From a virus, in IMG/VR virus record IMGVR_UViG_3300011113_000675, positions 1 to 64,000 of that record: a stretch of 64,000 nt of DNA. The stretch is one strand, 5' to 3'. This document shows positions 1-9,933 of this stretch, piece after piece. How positions within the stretch are numbered: the first letter of the stretch is position 1; each line of letters opens with the position of its first letter. Made by a program: the position numbers and the translations under genes. The notes below the pieces were generated by a model. It did not search any database. It was not told the origin of the DNA and worked only from the letters and a program-made list of their open reading frames with translations.

Positions 1-101
1 TCACCAATCAACCATTCTTCACCCATACCAATATCTAAACTATAATCTTCAGCTCCGAAGAATTTACCTAATCTTGAAATTGGAACTAACTTTTCTCCCA
101 T
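1..101 (-). CDS. 5' end of a phage protein running off the left edge (MGEKLVPISRLGKFFGAEDYSLDIGMGEEWLIG...), function unknown
   Basis: Hand translation from ATG at 101; open to the edge; late-type motif at 127-134 upstream. Confidence 0.65.
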   Translation of the reverse strand, partial: MGEKLVPISRLGKFFGAEDYSLDIGMGEEWLIG

Positions 102-126
102 TATATTATATGATTACCTATATGTT

Positions 127-134
127 GATAAATA
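127..134 (-). promoter_or_regulatory. late-type promoter motif TATTTATC
   Basis: 25 nt upstream of ATG 101. Confidence 0.5.
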
Positions 135-176
135 CTCAGTTTATAACTATATTTAAGCCAAATATTTTTCTTATAG

Positions 177-1928
177 ATGGATGTAAGTCTAGAATCGAAA
201 GCATTATCACTATTGGAATCTTATGAAGGTGGAAATAACTATTTGCTTGAACTTAAACGAAAGTCTCAAATAAATAAAAAATTCTATCCAACAAGAAGCC
301 AATCCGAGTATATAATCAACAACCATAACAACCAACCGAAGGTTGCTAAGAAATGGGTAATTTTAGACGCATATTTTGCAAAAAAGTTAGCAGACGACAA
401 ATTATACACTGTGATACCTGACAAAGTATGGGTTGAAAAATTGTTGTGTGATACAGAAAAAGCATTTCACATTTGGGGTAGAGTTTTCGAAAGTGAAGAA
501 TTTCACGATTTTTGGTTACCAAAAGCGGCAATTATTAAAGACAATTCAGTCAAAGATGTTGTAATTGATTACGAAAAATATTCTCACAGACCTCCACTAC
601 AACATCAAAAAGAAGCAATTCAAAAACTTGTTGAAAACAAAAAATACATATTGGCGGACGATATGGGTTTAGGAAAGACCACTTCAACAATTATTGCTGC
701 ATTGGAAACGGGAGCTAAAAAGGTTCTTATCATCTGTCCCGCAACTCTAAAAATTAATTGGAAAAGAGAAATTGAGAACTACTCAGACAGACCGATATTC
801 ATATCGGAAGGAAAAACCTTTAGTACCGAACACGATTTTGTTATTATAAACTACGACATTATTAAAAACTTTCATGACACTAAGAAAAAAGATGAATCGC
901 AAGTTATTGCTGCCAATTTTGATTTGGTGGTCGTTGACGAAGCTCACTATATTAAGAATCCTACGGCCCAAAGAACAAAACTAATAAACGACATTGCAAA
1001 AGGCGTAGATAGATTATGGTTGTTGACGGGTACCCCAATGACATCAAGACCTATGGATTATTTCAATCTACTGCATCTTATTGAGTCCCCTGTAGCAAAA
1101 AATTGGATGGCTTACGCCATCAGATATTGTAGTGGATATCAGTTTAATGTAGGGGGACGTAAGGTTTGGAACGTGACTGGTTCATCCAACTTGGAAGAAC
1201 TAAGAGATAGAACAACAGGTCTTGTACTACGACGACTTAAAGAAAATGTTTTGGACTTACCTGAAAAAATAATTACTCCCGTTTATCTTCGATTGAAATC
1301 CAAAGCATATGAAGAAGTTATGGGTGAGTATTATGATTGGTATGATAAGAACCCTGAAGAATCAAAATCTCTTACAGTTCAGTTTACCAAACTTACAAAA
1401 GTACGACAAATCATTGCTGACGAAAAAATACTTCAGACAATCGAAATTGCTGAGAACATCATCGAACAAGGTAAGAAGGTAATTATTTTCTGTAACTTCA
1501 CTGACTCCCTAAATAAAATTTGTCAACACTTTGGAAAAACTGCGGTCAAAGTTGATGGGTCTATGTCCAAACCTGAAAGACAACACAGTGTAGATAGTTT
1601 CCAAGAAAATGATAAAGTCAAAGTATTTGTTGGAAACATTAAAGCTGCGGGTGTTGGTTTGACACTCACAGCTGGAGAAGCGGTAATCATGAATGACCTA
1701 TCATTTTTACCATCAGACCACGCTCAAGCGGAAGATAGAGCATATAGATATGGTCAAAAAAATAACGTCTTGGTTTATTACCCAATATTCGAAAATACAA
1801 TCGAAGGAATCATCTATGACATACTAAATAACAAAAAACAAGTCATAGCAACTGTCATGGGTGATAACCTAAATTCATCTGACATGGCTGAAGAAATTTT
1901 GAAGAGAATAAATGAAATCAGAAAATAA
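177..1928 (+). CDS. SNF2-family (SMARCAL1/HARP-like) helicase/translocase
   Basis: LADDMGLGKT Walker A, VVDEAH box, LTGTP motif III, QAEDRAYRYGQ motif VI. Confidence 0.92.
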   Translation: MDVSLESKALSLLESYEGGNNYLLELKRKSQINKKFYPTRSQSEYIINNHNNQPKVAKKWVILDAYFAKKLADDKLYTVIPDKVWVEKLLCDTEKAFHIWGRVFESEEFHDFWLPKAAIIKDNSVKDVVIDYEKYSHRPPLQHQKEAIQKLVENKKYILADDMGLGKTTSTIIAALETGAKKVLIICPATLKINWKREIENYSDRPIFISEGKTFSTEHDFVIINYDIIKNFHDTKKKDESQVIAANFDLVVVDEAHYIKNPTAQRTKLINDIAKGVDRLWLLTGTPMTSRPMDYFNLLHLIESPVAKNWMAYAIRYCSGYQFNVGGRKVWNVTGSSNLEELRDRTTGLVLRRLKENVLDLPEKIITPVYLRLKSKAYEEVMGEYYDWYDKNPEESKSLTVQFTKLTKVRQIIADEKILQTIEIAENIIEQGKKVIIFCNFTDSLNKICQHFGKTAVKVDGSMSKPERQHSVDSFQENDKVKVFVGNIKAAGVGLTLTAGEAVIMNDLSFLPSDHAQAEDRAYRYGQKNNVLVYYPIFENTIEGIIYDILNNKKQVIATVMGDNLNSSDMAEEILKRINEIRK

Positions 1929-1941
1929 ACTGATTTTGTAT

Positions 1942-1949
1942 TATTTATA
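1942..1949 (+). promoter_or_regulatory. late-type promoter motif TATTTATA
   Basis: 5 nt upstream of ATG 1955. Confidence 0.6.
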
Positions 1950-1954
1950 GTAAA

Positions 1955-3505
1955 ATGAAGCCAACAATGAATAAAACAGAAAAGAAGATTGAACAACTCG
2001 AATTACAGATTGTAGAACAAAAGGTAACAAGGGAAAAAGAGTTGTTAATCACAGAAATGAAAAAAATAGGGATAGAAAAGTTACCCTATTCCTACTCAGC
2101 CCTCAAACAATTTATCGACCCCGAAACAATGGATTTCCATTACAACAAACATTACAAGGGGTATGTTGATAAATTGAACGACGCTCTCTCTAAGAAAAAA
2201 TATGGAGATTTAGAGCTGGAACAAATAATCAAAACAATAAGTCGATTTGACAAAACAATTAGAAATAATGCTGGTGGAGCATTCAACCACGCATTGTTTT
2301 GGAATATGTTGACACCTGAACCCAAAAGACTAAAAGGGGAGTTACAGAAAAAAATAATCAAGGAGTTCGGTAGTTTTATTTTATTCAAGAAAAAGTTTGA
2401 AGAAATAGCTAAAGAGAGATTCGGGTCAGGATGGGTTTGGTTAGTCTTGACAGGAAGAAACAGTTTGAAAATTATGTCCACACCAAACCAAGATAATCCT
2501 TTAATGAATATTATTGAAGGTGGAGGATTCCCACTATTAGGATTAGACTTGTGGGAACATGCTTATTATCTTAAGTATAAAAACAAAAGAGATGAATACA
2601 TCTCAAACTTTTGGAAGGTTGTAAACTGGGACTTTGTTTCTAAACTTTATGAAATGAAAACAGAAACAAAACTTTTGGAATCAGTCGAAATGAAAAAAAT
2701 AATCAAAGAGTTTAAAGAACCAAAATTTTGTAGTTCAAATGAAATTACTTTCTATAAAGGATTAATCAATAATCCAAAAATAAAAAAATTATATCAAGAC
2801 GGTGTTACAGATGTTTTGAAACAAGTATTCCATGAATATTGGGTAGAGAGTAATGAGAAAGAAATGTCTGGTTTTTATGGAATTGAATCCGATAGTGCTA
2901 GATCCGTTTTAAATAATTTGAATACTAATTTCAATACTTTTTGTTTATTGACAAAAGCAATCAATAGACAAATTGAGTCAATAAACAAACCTAACAAAAA
3001 GTTTGATTTTTCCATCAAAGAAAAACGTACAGTCGAGGAGGTTAGTCGACTCATCGCAGCTTTGGATTATTTCAAAAAAGAAATTTTCACAAAAAAAAAT
3101 GAAGATTTTATTAACATCATTAGTGTCTTGTTAAAACTATGGGATAGAGGACAAAAATCTGAAGACAAAGTTCTTTCTAAGATAGAACAATATTTCGGTA
3201 AAGATTCCTCAGTTGAAAAAATCGGTGGTCATGGTCAAAAAAGTGATGCATTCAAAGGTATTGATTTGATAGTTAATCTTGATGGTAAAAAATATACTGC
3301 TCAAGTAAAACCTTTTTCGTCCATAAAAAAAGAAGGTGATAAAATCACAATTATGGACACAGGTAATGTTAAACCATATAACGTAGATTGGATGATATTT
3401 ATAAACACGAAGTCTAATAAAATTCTAATTATCGAGAATAATCCAATAGAGAGTCGTGACCAATATGTTTTCAATACGTCATCTCTGATTCACGAAATAG
3501 ATTAA
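1955..3505 (+). CDS. sod: Fe/Mn superoxide dismutase (Mn-type signatures) fused to a C-terminal PD-(D/E)xK-like domain
   Basis: LPYSYSAL, HYNKH, NNAGGAFNHALFW, FGSGW, NQD, DLWEHAYY; C-terminal G-x3-E...GIDL...AQVK. Confidence 0.88.
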   Translation: MKPTMNKTEKKIEQLELQIVEQKVTREKELLITEMKKIGIEKLPYSYSALKQFIDPETMDFHYNKHYKGYVDKLNDALSKKKYGDLELEQIIKTISRFDKTIRNNAGGAFNHALFWNMLTPEPKRLKGELQKKIIKEFGSFILFKKKFEEIAKERFGSGWVWLVLTGRNSLKIMSTPNQDNPLMNIIEGGGFPLLGLDLWEHAYYLKYKNKRDEYISNFWKVVNWDFVSKLYEMKTETKLLESVEMKKIIKEFKEPKFCSSNEITFYKGLINNPKIKKLYQDGVTDVLKQVFHEYWVESNEKEMSGFYGIESDSARSVLNNLNTNFNTFCLLTKAINRQIESINKPNKKFDFSIKEKRTVEEVSRLIAALDYFKKEIFTKKNEDFINIISVLLKLWDRGQKSEDKVLSKIEQYFGKDSSVEKIGGHGQKSDAFKGIDLIVNLDGKKYTAQVKPFSSIKKEGDKITIMDTGNVKPYNVDWMIFINTKSNKILIIENNPIESRDQYVFNTSSLIHEID

Positions 3506-3511
3506 TAAAGA

Positions 3512-3519
3512 TATTTATA
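3512..3519 (+). promoter_or_regulatory. late-type promoter motif TATTTATA
   Basis: 4 nt upstream of ATG 3524. Confidence 0.65.
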
Positions 3520-3523
3520 TTAT

Positions 3524-4651
3524 ATGTCAGCAATACCAGAACCAGAACGAAGTAAGATATACACTAGAATCAAACACCAATTAGGTGCTCCACTCAGAAG
3601 TGTAGAGCTCGAAGACGAAATGTTGGATTCACTAATGGAATTGGCCATAGGGGATTATGAAGAATATATTCTTCAATGGCTAATTGATTCACAGTGGGTC
3701 AACCTTGTAAACTTGAATATGAATGAAAGGTCCGTCGCCAGAGCTTTAGTAACTAGAACAATGGATTTCGAACAACAATTTAGTTATTCATACTCTAAAA
3801 TTGTTGGTCTTCAAACTGAAGGCCCTTGGGTTCTAAAGAAAGATTATTTCATTTTGAGTGCTAACACACAAACTTATGAAATTCCAGCAGGACGAGAAGT
3901 CAACGAACTATTATGGTTTTCAAACCAAGCTTGGACAGCGTTTGGATTAGGAGGTCTCGGTGGATTTGGATTTGGTGGTATTGGTCTGGGAGCAAACGAA
4001 GCCGGTTATGCCCAAATGGGTTATCAAGGGTCTTATTTCATGATGTCAGGTTTTGATTACTTGATTAGAATGCAAGAAGCGAACATCCTAAACAGAATCT
4101 TAGGAGGTTCCTTGACCTATAGAATTACAGGTCTTCCTGACGGAAAAAAACTCATTCACCTATACAATACCCCTGGTGGTAAATTTAACTGGTCAAACTA
4201 TAACCTTTATGTTGGTAAAGCAGTATGGTATTGGTATTATGATGTTGAACCAGACAGTCGAGCAGATTGTTTGAAAAACAATCCTGATATTATCAAACTT
4301 CCAACAGACGTTCCTATCGAAGAATTAACTTGGACTGACTTAAACGTACCAGGCCAACAATGGGTTAGAAGATGGTTTACCGCTTATTGTAAGGAAACTT
4401 TAGCAAGGGTTAGAGGGAAATATAGTGGAAACCTTAAGACTCCTGACAGTGAAATCGTTATGGACTATCAGAGTTTGTTAACTGAAGCTAAAGATGAGAA
4501 ATCTAAATTGATTGAAGAATTGATTGGTGCTGAAGGTTGGTTGACTAGAATGAGACCAGATAAAGTAATGGAAAGAGAAGCATTGATTGCTGAAAATTTA
4601 AATAAACAAATGAAATTCAGAGCAATGCCTCGGCAAATATACGTAATTTAA
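3524..4651 (+). CDS. gp13: neck/head-tail adaptor protein, T4 gp13-like
   Basis: N-terminal LGAP..VEL; C-terminal WVRRWFTAYCKETLARVRGKYSG followed by EAKDE..L.EEL, typical of gp13-like proteins. Confidence 0.75.
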   Translation: MSAIPEPERSKIYTRIKHQLGAPLRSVELEDEMLDSLMELAIGDYEEYILQWLIDSQWVNLVNLNMNERSVARALVTRTMDFEQQFSYSYSKIVGLQTEGPWVLKKDYFILSANTQTYEIPAGREVNELLWFSNQAWTAFGLGGLGGFGFGGIGLGANEAGYAQMGYQGSYFMMSGFDYLIRMQEANILNRILGGSLTYRITGLPDGKKLIHLYNTPGGKFNWSNYNLYVGKAVWYWYYDVEPDSRADCLKNNPDIIKLPTDVPIEELTWTDLNVPGQQWVRRWFTAYCKETLARVRGKYSGNLKTPDSEIVMDYQSLLTEAKDEKSKLIEELIGAEGWLTRMRPDKVMEREALIAENLNKQMKFRAMPRQIYVI

Positions 4652-4655
4652 TTTT

Positions 4656-4991
4656 ATGGCAATAGTAAAATCTATACCTTCTAGAAGAATAATCAAAGGT
4701 GAAGTTATTAACACTTCAGAAATTTCTGTAGTTTCAGAATCTACTTATAGAACTAATGGAGAAAGTTGTGTTATCGTAAGAGGAGTGGCGGAATCGGTCA
4801 TTATTCTAGATTCAAACAACACTGACCATGTTGTGATTAAGTCAATGACCAACCTCATCATTCTTCCTGATGTCGGTAAAATTGACGAAGAATATGATGA
4901 GGTCGTTGTTGACAAATTCGCTTGTATTGAATTCAGATTTGTTGGTGGAAACTGGTATATTCTATCAAGTGATGGTCTCAAACAGTCATAA
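4656..4991 (+). CDS. small beta-rich hypothetical protein, probably structural
   Basis: Follows the neck gene by 4 nt; ends ...FRFVGGNWYIL. Confidence 0.6.
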   Translation: MAIVKSIPSRRIIKGEVINTSEISVVSESTYRTNGESCVIVRGVAESVIILDSNNTDHVVIKSMTNLIILPDVGKIDEEYDEVVVDKFACIEFRFVGGNWYILSSDGLKQS

Positions 4992-7767
4992 GTTTTTCCT
5001 CCCACCCTTCTTCAGCCAAATCGTACATGTAGTAAGGACTTAGTCCTCGCTTTTCCCAATACTTCAATTCGGCTTCAGTAATATCTAATACATCTTCTTT
5101 TAATCTATCTTGGTCTCCATCCGCAAGAGGTTGTCCATTAATCAATTCGCATTGAGACGTTGTAAAAATACCTCTTTTTTCAGGTTCGTTGACAATTAAT
5201 CCATTTCTAACTTCTTCCTGAAATACAACCATAAGAGGTTCAATTCTTTTATTAAAGGTTACAATCGCTCTCGGTACGTTATAATCTCCTGTGAGATCGG
5301 GATTATTATCGAGAATATCTTTGTCAAGCATATAACAATTTACAACAACACCATCAGTTACTTCTTTAGCGTTAAGATTGTTCATTTTGTTCATCGCATT
5401 CAAATCTTTCAATTGTTTGACAGTCATTTTCTGAACATCCCCCTGCGAAGCCTTTGTGCCATTATTAACATACATGATGACATCACCCAAATTAACATTT
5501 AATTTTTCTTGTATTGCTAACTCCATGTGGGCCATACGAGACATACTATTTCCTGACTTAGTCTTAGTTGTTAATCTTTTTTTATACTCATCAAGACTAA
5601 GTTTAACTTTTGCTCTCTGAGCGATTTTGGAAAGAGGAATCTTCTTGTCATAAATCTTCTGAAGATATTCATAGTAATATTCTACAAACTCTTTACCATC
5701 ACCTTTAAGTAACATCTTAATACCTTTATCCAAAAACTCTTCAATATAGATTGGAAGTTTTTTTGACTTGATACTGTTACCAGTAAGTTTGATTTTACCC
5801 TTAGCATCCATAACCGCATAGTTTTTACGAGCCAAGTTAATGCAAGATGGCCAAACACCATCAGTATCCAAAGCCATTTCACCTCTCATGAATATGTCAT
5901 TATACTCGGCAACATCTGCTTCAGGTCCATAATACTCCTTACCTTCCTTGACTTTCCAGTTTAATCCTCGTCCAACATATACTCTATTTTTAGCATCTTC
6001 AGGTGTCGAGAAGTTTACACCGTCTGTATCCATAACCAACGGAACGTATCCCTTAGCCATGAAAAACCTAATCATCTGACGAAGATATTGTCTTCCTGTA
6101 CAAGTGATTTGTTCACCCATATACATGTCACCCCAAGCATAAACCTGAGGGGCGGACAAGGCACCGAACATGGAGTTGATAAAGATTTTAATAGGTAATT
6201 GTTTGTTACCGTAAGACTCAGATTTTTTTCTGTCTGTTTCGTAGTATTGTTCTGCCAAATTCTTATATCTGATACGAGTATCTCGGAACCACTTCAACAT
6301 ACCTTTCATCGCACCCGTCACGTCACAATCAGGAAATACGTCATGTACCAACTGAATTGAGGGGTATAGAGACGAGAAGTCGAGTTTAAGTACATCTTTA
6401 CTATACCCAACTTTAAGTAGTCTGGATAGACCTCCTACGAAGTCAGTCTTGGATTCTTTAGCAGGAATTGCAATGTTGTGTTTATATGACCATGCCATCA
6501 TCAACATCTTCCACAAAGTTGCAGTACCCATAGTAGATACTCTCTCATAGGTAGTTGGAATCATCGCAGCAAGTAGGAATGAACCTTGATTGAATTCTTG
6601 GTCAACTTTCAAGGTTTCGTCCAAGTCATCATCAAGATATCTTTCAACCAAATTATCACCAGTAACTTTGAGGTACACATCAGATCTATTTTCACAGATG
6701 TCATCAATCTTGGGGTCTTGTCCAACCTTACGGTAGTTTCCATTCTGTGTGTTTAACCAAAATTCCTCTTTCTTAGTATAGAAAGGAGCAATGTCCAAGT
6801 GGTCAATATACACTCGGTCTTCAGCTTCGGCATTAATATATTGGGTGATGTATTTCAATCCCGCAGATTTGATACTTGAGTTGATTGCTTGTGCTCTACG
6901 AACTGCATGGATAATATCAATAACATTATAACCCCATATTGAAGTTTGAGTATATAACTCAACTTCGTTGGCAAGTTTCAACATACCTTCTTTTCTTGTG
7001 AATGAATGGTCAGGATGTAAAGAACGACAAGTCTTCTTGGGGTCAATACCTAAAATTTTACATCGTTCAAATATCCAATGCCAGTCAAAGTTTGCTGAAT
7101 TATATCCGCCAATAATACTTGGTTTCAATTCATTGATGATACCAAAAAATTCTATAATAGCACCTCTTTCTTGAGACTCATCAATACATTCAATCACCTT
7201 GTGGTATCCCTTGTTGGTTTTGATTCCAATCATAAATATACGACCGTCTTTTGGTTCCAATGCGGTCGTTTCCAAGTCAAATACCAATCGGGTGACTTGG
7301 TTATAATCTTCAAATCCTTTGAATAATCTTTTCTCCTTTTGAACCAAATACTGTTCAACAGGAGATAGAATCATAATTTTTTCTTTTGTTCTTTCACCCC
7401 ACGGATCACATCCACCCTCTCTAAAAAATTGTACAAGTTCACGGTAACCCTTTAGAGATTTAACCATAAAGGTCATACCTCTTTCTAATCTTTCGTTACC
7501 ATGAGTGTTGAGTTTTTCAATCATGATACCATGTTTGGTCATGGCTTCTTTCTGTGCGGCTTTGGAACCCCCATAAAAGTTGATGTCTCGTAAATCACCG
7601 ACCCAAGCAAATGGGATAAATGTATCCTTACGGATTTCTTTACCTTTACCAGGTATTTCTTTGATTTTGTAGATGGAGTTGGAAGCGTAGTCGAACTCGA
7701 TTGCGACTATAAATTCTTCAGGGTCGTTTCCGTGGAGGAACGATTCAATTTCTTTTTCTGTGAACAT
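4978..7767 (-). CDS. polB: family B DNA polymerase with 3'-5' exonuclease domain
   Basis: FDLET (ExoI), YNSANFDW (ExoII), DFSSLYPS (motif A), KIFINSMFG (motif B), DTDG (motif C). Confidence 0.95.
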   Translation of the reverse strand: MFTEKEIESFLHGNDPEEFIVAIEFDYASNSIYKIKEIPGKGKEIRKDTFIPFAWVGDLRDINFYGGSKAAQKEAMTKHGIMIEKLNTHGNERLERGMTFMVKSLKGYRELVQFFREGGCDPWGERTKEKIMILSPVEQYLVQKEKRLFKGFEDYNQVTRLVFDLETTALEPKDGRIFMIGIKTNKGYHKVIECIDESQERGAIIEFFGIINELKPSIIGGYNSANFDWHWIFERCKILGIDPKKTCRSLHPDHSFTRKEGMLKLANEVELYTQTSIWGYNVIDIIHAVRRAQAINSSIKSAGLKYITQYINAEAEDRVYIDHLDIAPFYTKKEEFWLNTQNGNYRKVGQDPKIDDICENRSDVYLKVTGDNLVERYLDDDLDETLKVDQEFNQGSFLLAAMIPTTYERVSTMGTATLWKMLMMAWSYKHNIAIPAKESKTDFVGGLSRLLKVGYSKDVLKLDFSSLYPSIQLVHDVFPDCDVTGAMKGMLKWFRDTRIRYKNLAEQYYETDRKKSESYGNKQLPIKIFINSMFGALSAPQVYAWGDMYMGEQITCTGRQYLRQMIRFFMAKGYVPLVMDTDGVNFSTPEDAKNRVYVGRGLNWKVKEGKEYYGPEADVAEYNDIFMRGEMALDTDGVWPSCINLARKNYAVMDAKGKIKLTGNSIKSKKLPIYIEEFLDKGIKMLLKGDGKEFVEYYYEYLQKIYDKKIPLSKIAQRAKVKLSLDEYKKRLTTKTKSGNSMSRMAHMELAIQEKLNVNLGDVIMYVNNGTKASQGDVQKMTVKQLKDLNAMNKMNNLNAKEVTDGVVVNCYMLDKDILDNNPDLTGDYNVPRAIVTFNKRIEPLMVVFQEEVRNGLIVNEPEKRGIFTTSQCELINGQPLADGDQDRLKEDVLDITEAELKYWEKRGLSPYYMYDLAEEGWEEKLMTV

Positions 7768-7776
7768 TTTCTATAC

Positions 7777-7825
7777 ACGAGTGGTTTATTGGCTTTCACA
7801 CTAACGTGAAGTTTACCTTACTCAT
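7777..7825 (-). promoter_or_regulatory. putative structured 5' leader of the polymerase mRNA
   Basis: Outer stem AUGAGU/ACUCGU and inner hairpin UUCAC-GUUAGU-GUGAA, ending 9 nt before the ATG. Confidence 0.4.
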
Positions 7826-7829
7826 CTTG

Positions 7830-7861
7830 TATAAATATAACGGAAATTTGTGTCTTGTCAA
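7830..7861 (-). promoter_or_regulatory. overlapping sigma70-like promoter (TTGACA-N16-TATATT) and late-type TATTTATA upstream of polB
   Basis: TTGACA at 7861-7856, TATATT at 7839-7834, TATTTATA at 7837-7830. Confidence 0.5.
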
Positions 7862-7862
7862 A

Positions 7863-8240
7863 TTAACAACAAGCGGTCTCGGAAATAAAACTTTCTTGAA
7901 TATTGATGTATAATTCTTCTCGTATTGGTAGAATCAGACTACCTTCGTCATTTCTAATTAAAAACTGACCTTGATATCTTCCAGGTGTGTTAGTATCTCT
8001 TGAACTAAACTTAAAATAAATATAGTACTCAGGGGCGGCTCCCAAAGGTAAAATTAAATTAACGATTTCACAAGGTGCAGAAACAATCTTTGGAATTCCT
8101 GTTTCCACATCGATCATGGTAAAAAATATTGTAGAGACCTCAAGGTCTTCCATGAGTTGTTGGTAACCCGCTCTTCCGTCTTTTACCACCTGCATTTTTA
8201 ATACAGGAAGAGTTGCGTTCTTTTTAATATAAAATTCCAT
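7863..8240 (-). CDS. BppU N-terminal-like Ig-fold structural protein
   Basis: YFKFSSRDTNTPGRYQGQFLI resembles the DT..G.Y.GEF pattern of BppU-like domains. Confidence 0.55.
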   Translation of the reverse strand: MEFYIKKNATLPVLKMQVVKDGRAGYQQLMEDLEVSTIFFTMIDVETGIPKIVSAPCEIVNLILPLGAAPEYYIYFKFSSRDTNTPGRYQGQFLIRNDEGSLILPIREELYINIQESFISETACC

Positions 8241-8243
8241 AAC

Positions 8244-8251
8244 AATAAATA
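8244..8251 (-). promoter_or_regulatory. late-type promoter motif TATTTATT
   Basis: 3 nt upstream of ATG 8240. Confidence 0.55.
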
Positions 8252-8256
8252 TACTG

Positions 8257-9933
8257 TTATGACTCTTTACGAAGCCCCCTATCGTAATGTTCGAATCTAT
8301 CGTGTTCCGTTGGTGTTAATAATAGCAATGCAGGATTTAATTGTCCTTTTTTGACTAATTGATACATATGAGACATCCAAGTCTGTTCAAAAGGGTGTGC
8401 CCAAGTTGTATCTAAAAACATTTTTTGATTTCCTGGCCTACTTACAATCTGGGGCCAATTACAATAATATACTTCACCAACAGCGTAAGGTAATCCTTTA
8501 TAGGACAATACTTGATTGAATTGAGTTTTAGGAGCATTTGGGTCTAACCCCATTTCAGGTAATCTTGGTTTATCGGGCCAGAACTCTGTCCTAACATGTT
8601 GTGGTACATTGTACCAAGACCACTGAGTACCATTATCGCCATAAAACTCAGAATAATTAAGTTTTATAAAATCAAAATTTTCTTTTTTGATAATTTCTAA
8701 GGATTTACTGTAAAGGTTTGGAACATACCTATTGAATCCATTCCTACAAACTGTACCTTCGTTTGGATAGAAAAACATATCATCTTCAAAAAACAAGTAA
8801 TAGTCCAAGTCTGTTTCATTTTGGAAATGTTCTGCAATCCATTGTCTACCTCCACAAATTCCCAAATTATCTTTTTTAATATGTTCAAAGCCGAATTCTT
8901 TACAAATTTCCGAGTATTCCTCGGTAGTAGATAAATCACTAGAATTATCTAATAAAAATTTACTTGTTTTATTAACATAATCTTTATCATAAGCCAACAT
9001 AGAATCAATTAAAGTTCTAAATTGGTTCGGACTATTAAAAGTAATAACATATAACCCGACTTTGTTTGTATCCAAATTATTCACAACTTGTACAGAACTT
9101 TCGTTTTTAACTTTTAAGTTATCATTTTTAAGTTCTTCGAAAAACTTACCCACTAATCCATTTGATTCTATTTCGAAATAGTTAAACAAATCAGAATGTT
9201 TGTAACACATAATACTGAACAATGATTCTTCAGTACCCATATATCCTTCGTCTAAGGTACTCTTCATCAATCCATAATAGATGGAGTTTACATCACCAAT
9301 TGTATGCTTAGGTCCTCCAAAAAATCCTCCTCTAGCAACTTTGTTTACTTTCGATCCAGCAATTGAATTCAACTTGGAATATTCAAATCCATGAATTTCT
9401 CTTTCAGCGTCATATGGGAAACAAACAAACGAAAATTTAGAAATATATTTAGATAGATTATTTAAAACTTTATCATGTGTAAAATAACCTGGATGTACTG
9501 TGTTTGTTAATCCGCCATCAATCCAAAACATGTATTCGGAATTAAATTGGTCCATAATTTTGGCATCATGTAACAAAAACATTTTTGACATTACTAAAGG
9601 ATTGTAATTTTCTAAACGCCCTTGTGTAGATTCTTTCAACCATCCAGATTGATTATACCATTCCGGATTTGTTCGGATTTTTTGAATCATCGGAAAAAAT
9701 TCTGACTTGGTAAACCAACTAAGTGGTCTGGTAATAAATTGAGTATTTTTAGTATTCCTTCTTTCGAAAACAAAAGATTTCAATTCTTCGTCTCCAAAAA
9801 TGATAAGGTTTTCTTCTACCTTCAATAATTGGTCAAATTTATCCAAATAGTGTTGATAAGACCTACTCCAACCTTCGGTTAGTTCTCCACGACCAATATC
9901 CCAAATACCTGTAACTAAAGTTATATTACTCAT
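8257..9933 (-). CDS. two-domain glycosyltransferase: HtrL/YibB(WlaTC)-like N-terminus plus GT-A-like C-terminus
   Basis: ITLVTGIWDIGR, FWIDGG, GGFFGG, GTEESLFS; second domain LFFEDD. Confidence 0.75.
   Translation of the reverse strand: MSNITLVTGIWDIGRGELTEGWSRSYQHYLDKFDQLLKVEENLIIFGDEELKSFVFERRNTKNTQFITRPLSWFTKSEFFPMIQKIRTNPEWYNQSGWLKESTQGRLENYNPLVMSKMFLLHDAKIMDQFNSEYMFWIDGGLTNTVHPGYFTHDKVLNNLSKYISKFSFVCFPYDAEREIHGFEYSKLNSIAGSKVNKVARGGFFGGPKHTIGDVNSIYYGLMKSTLDEGYMGTEESLFSIMCYKHSDLFNYFEIESNGLVGKFFEELKNDNLKVKNESSVQVVNNLDTNKVGLYVITFNSPNQFRTLIDSMLAYDKDYVNKTSKFLLDNSSDLSTTEEYSEICKEFGFEHIKKDNLGICGGRQWIAEHFQNETDLDYYLFFEDDMFFYPNEGTVCRNGFNRYVPNLYSKSLEIIKKENFDFIKLNYSEFYGDNGTQWSWYNVPQHVRTEFWPDKPRLPEMGLDPNAPKTQFNQVLSYKGLPYAVGEVYYCNWPQIVSRPGNQKMFLDTTWAHPFEQTWMSHMYQLVKKGQLNPALLLLTPTEHDRFEHYDRGLRKES

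Noticed and set aside
7777-7825. c-di-GMP-I riboswitch or hammerhead ribozyme
   Set aside because: Only fragments match (GGUAAAC...AGCC, GAUGAG...GAAA); the GNRA loop, second stem and CUGAUGA core are missing
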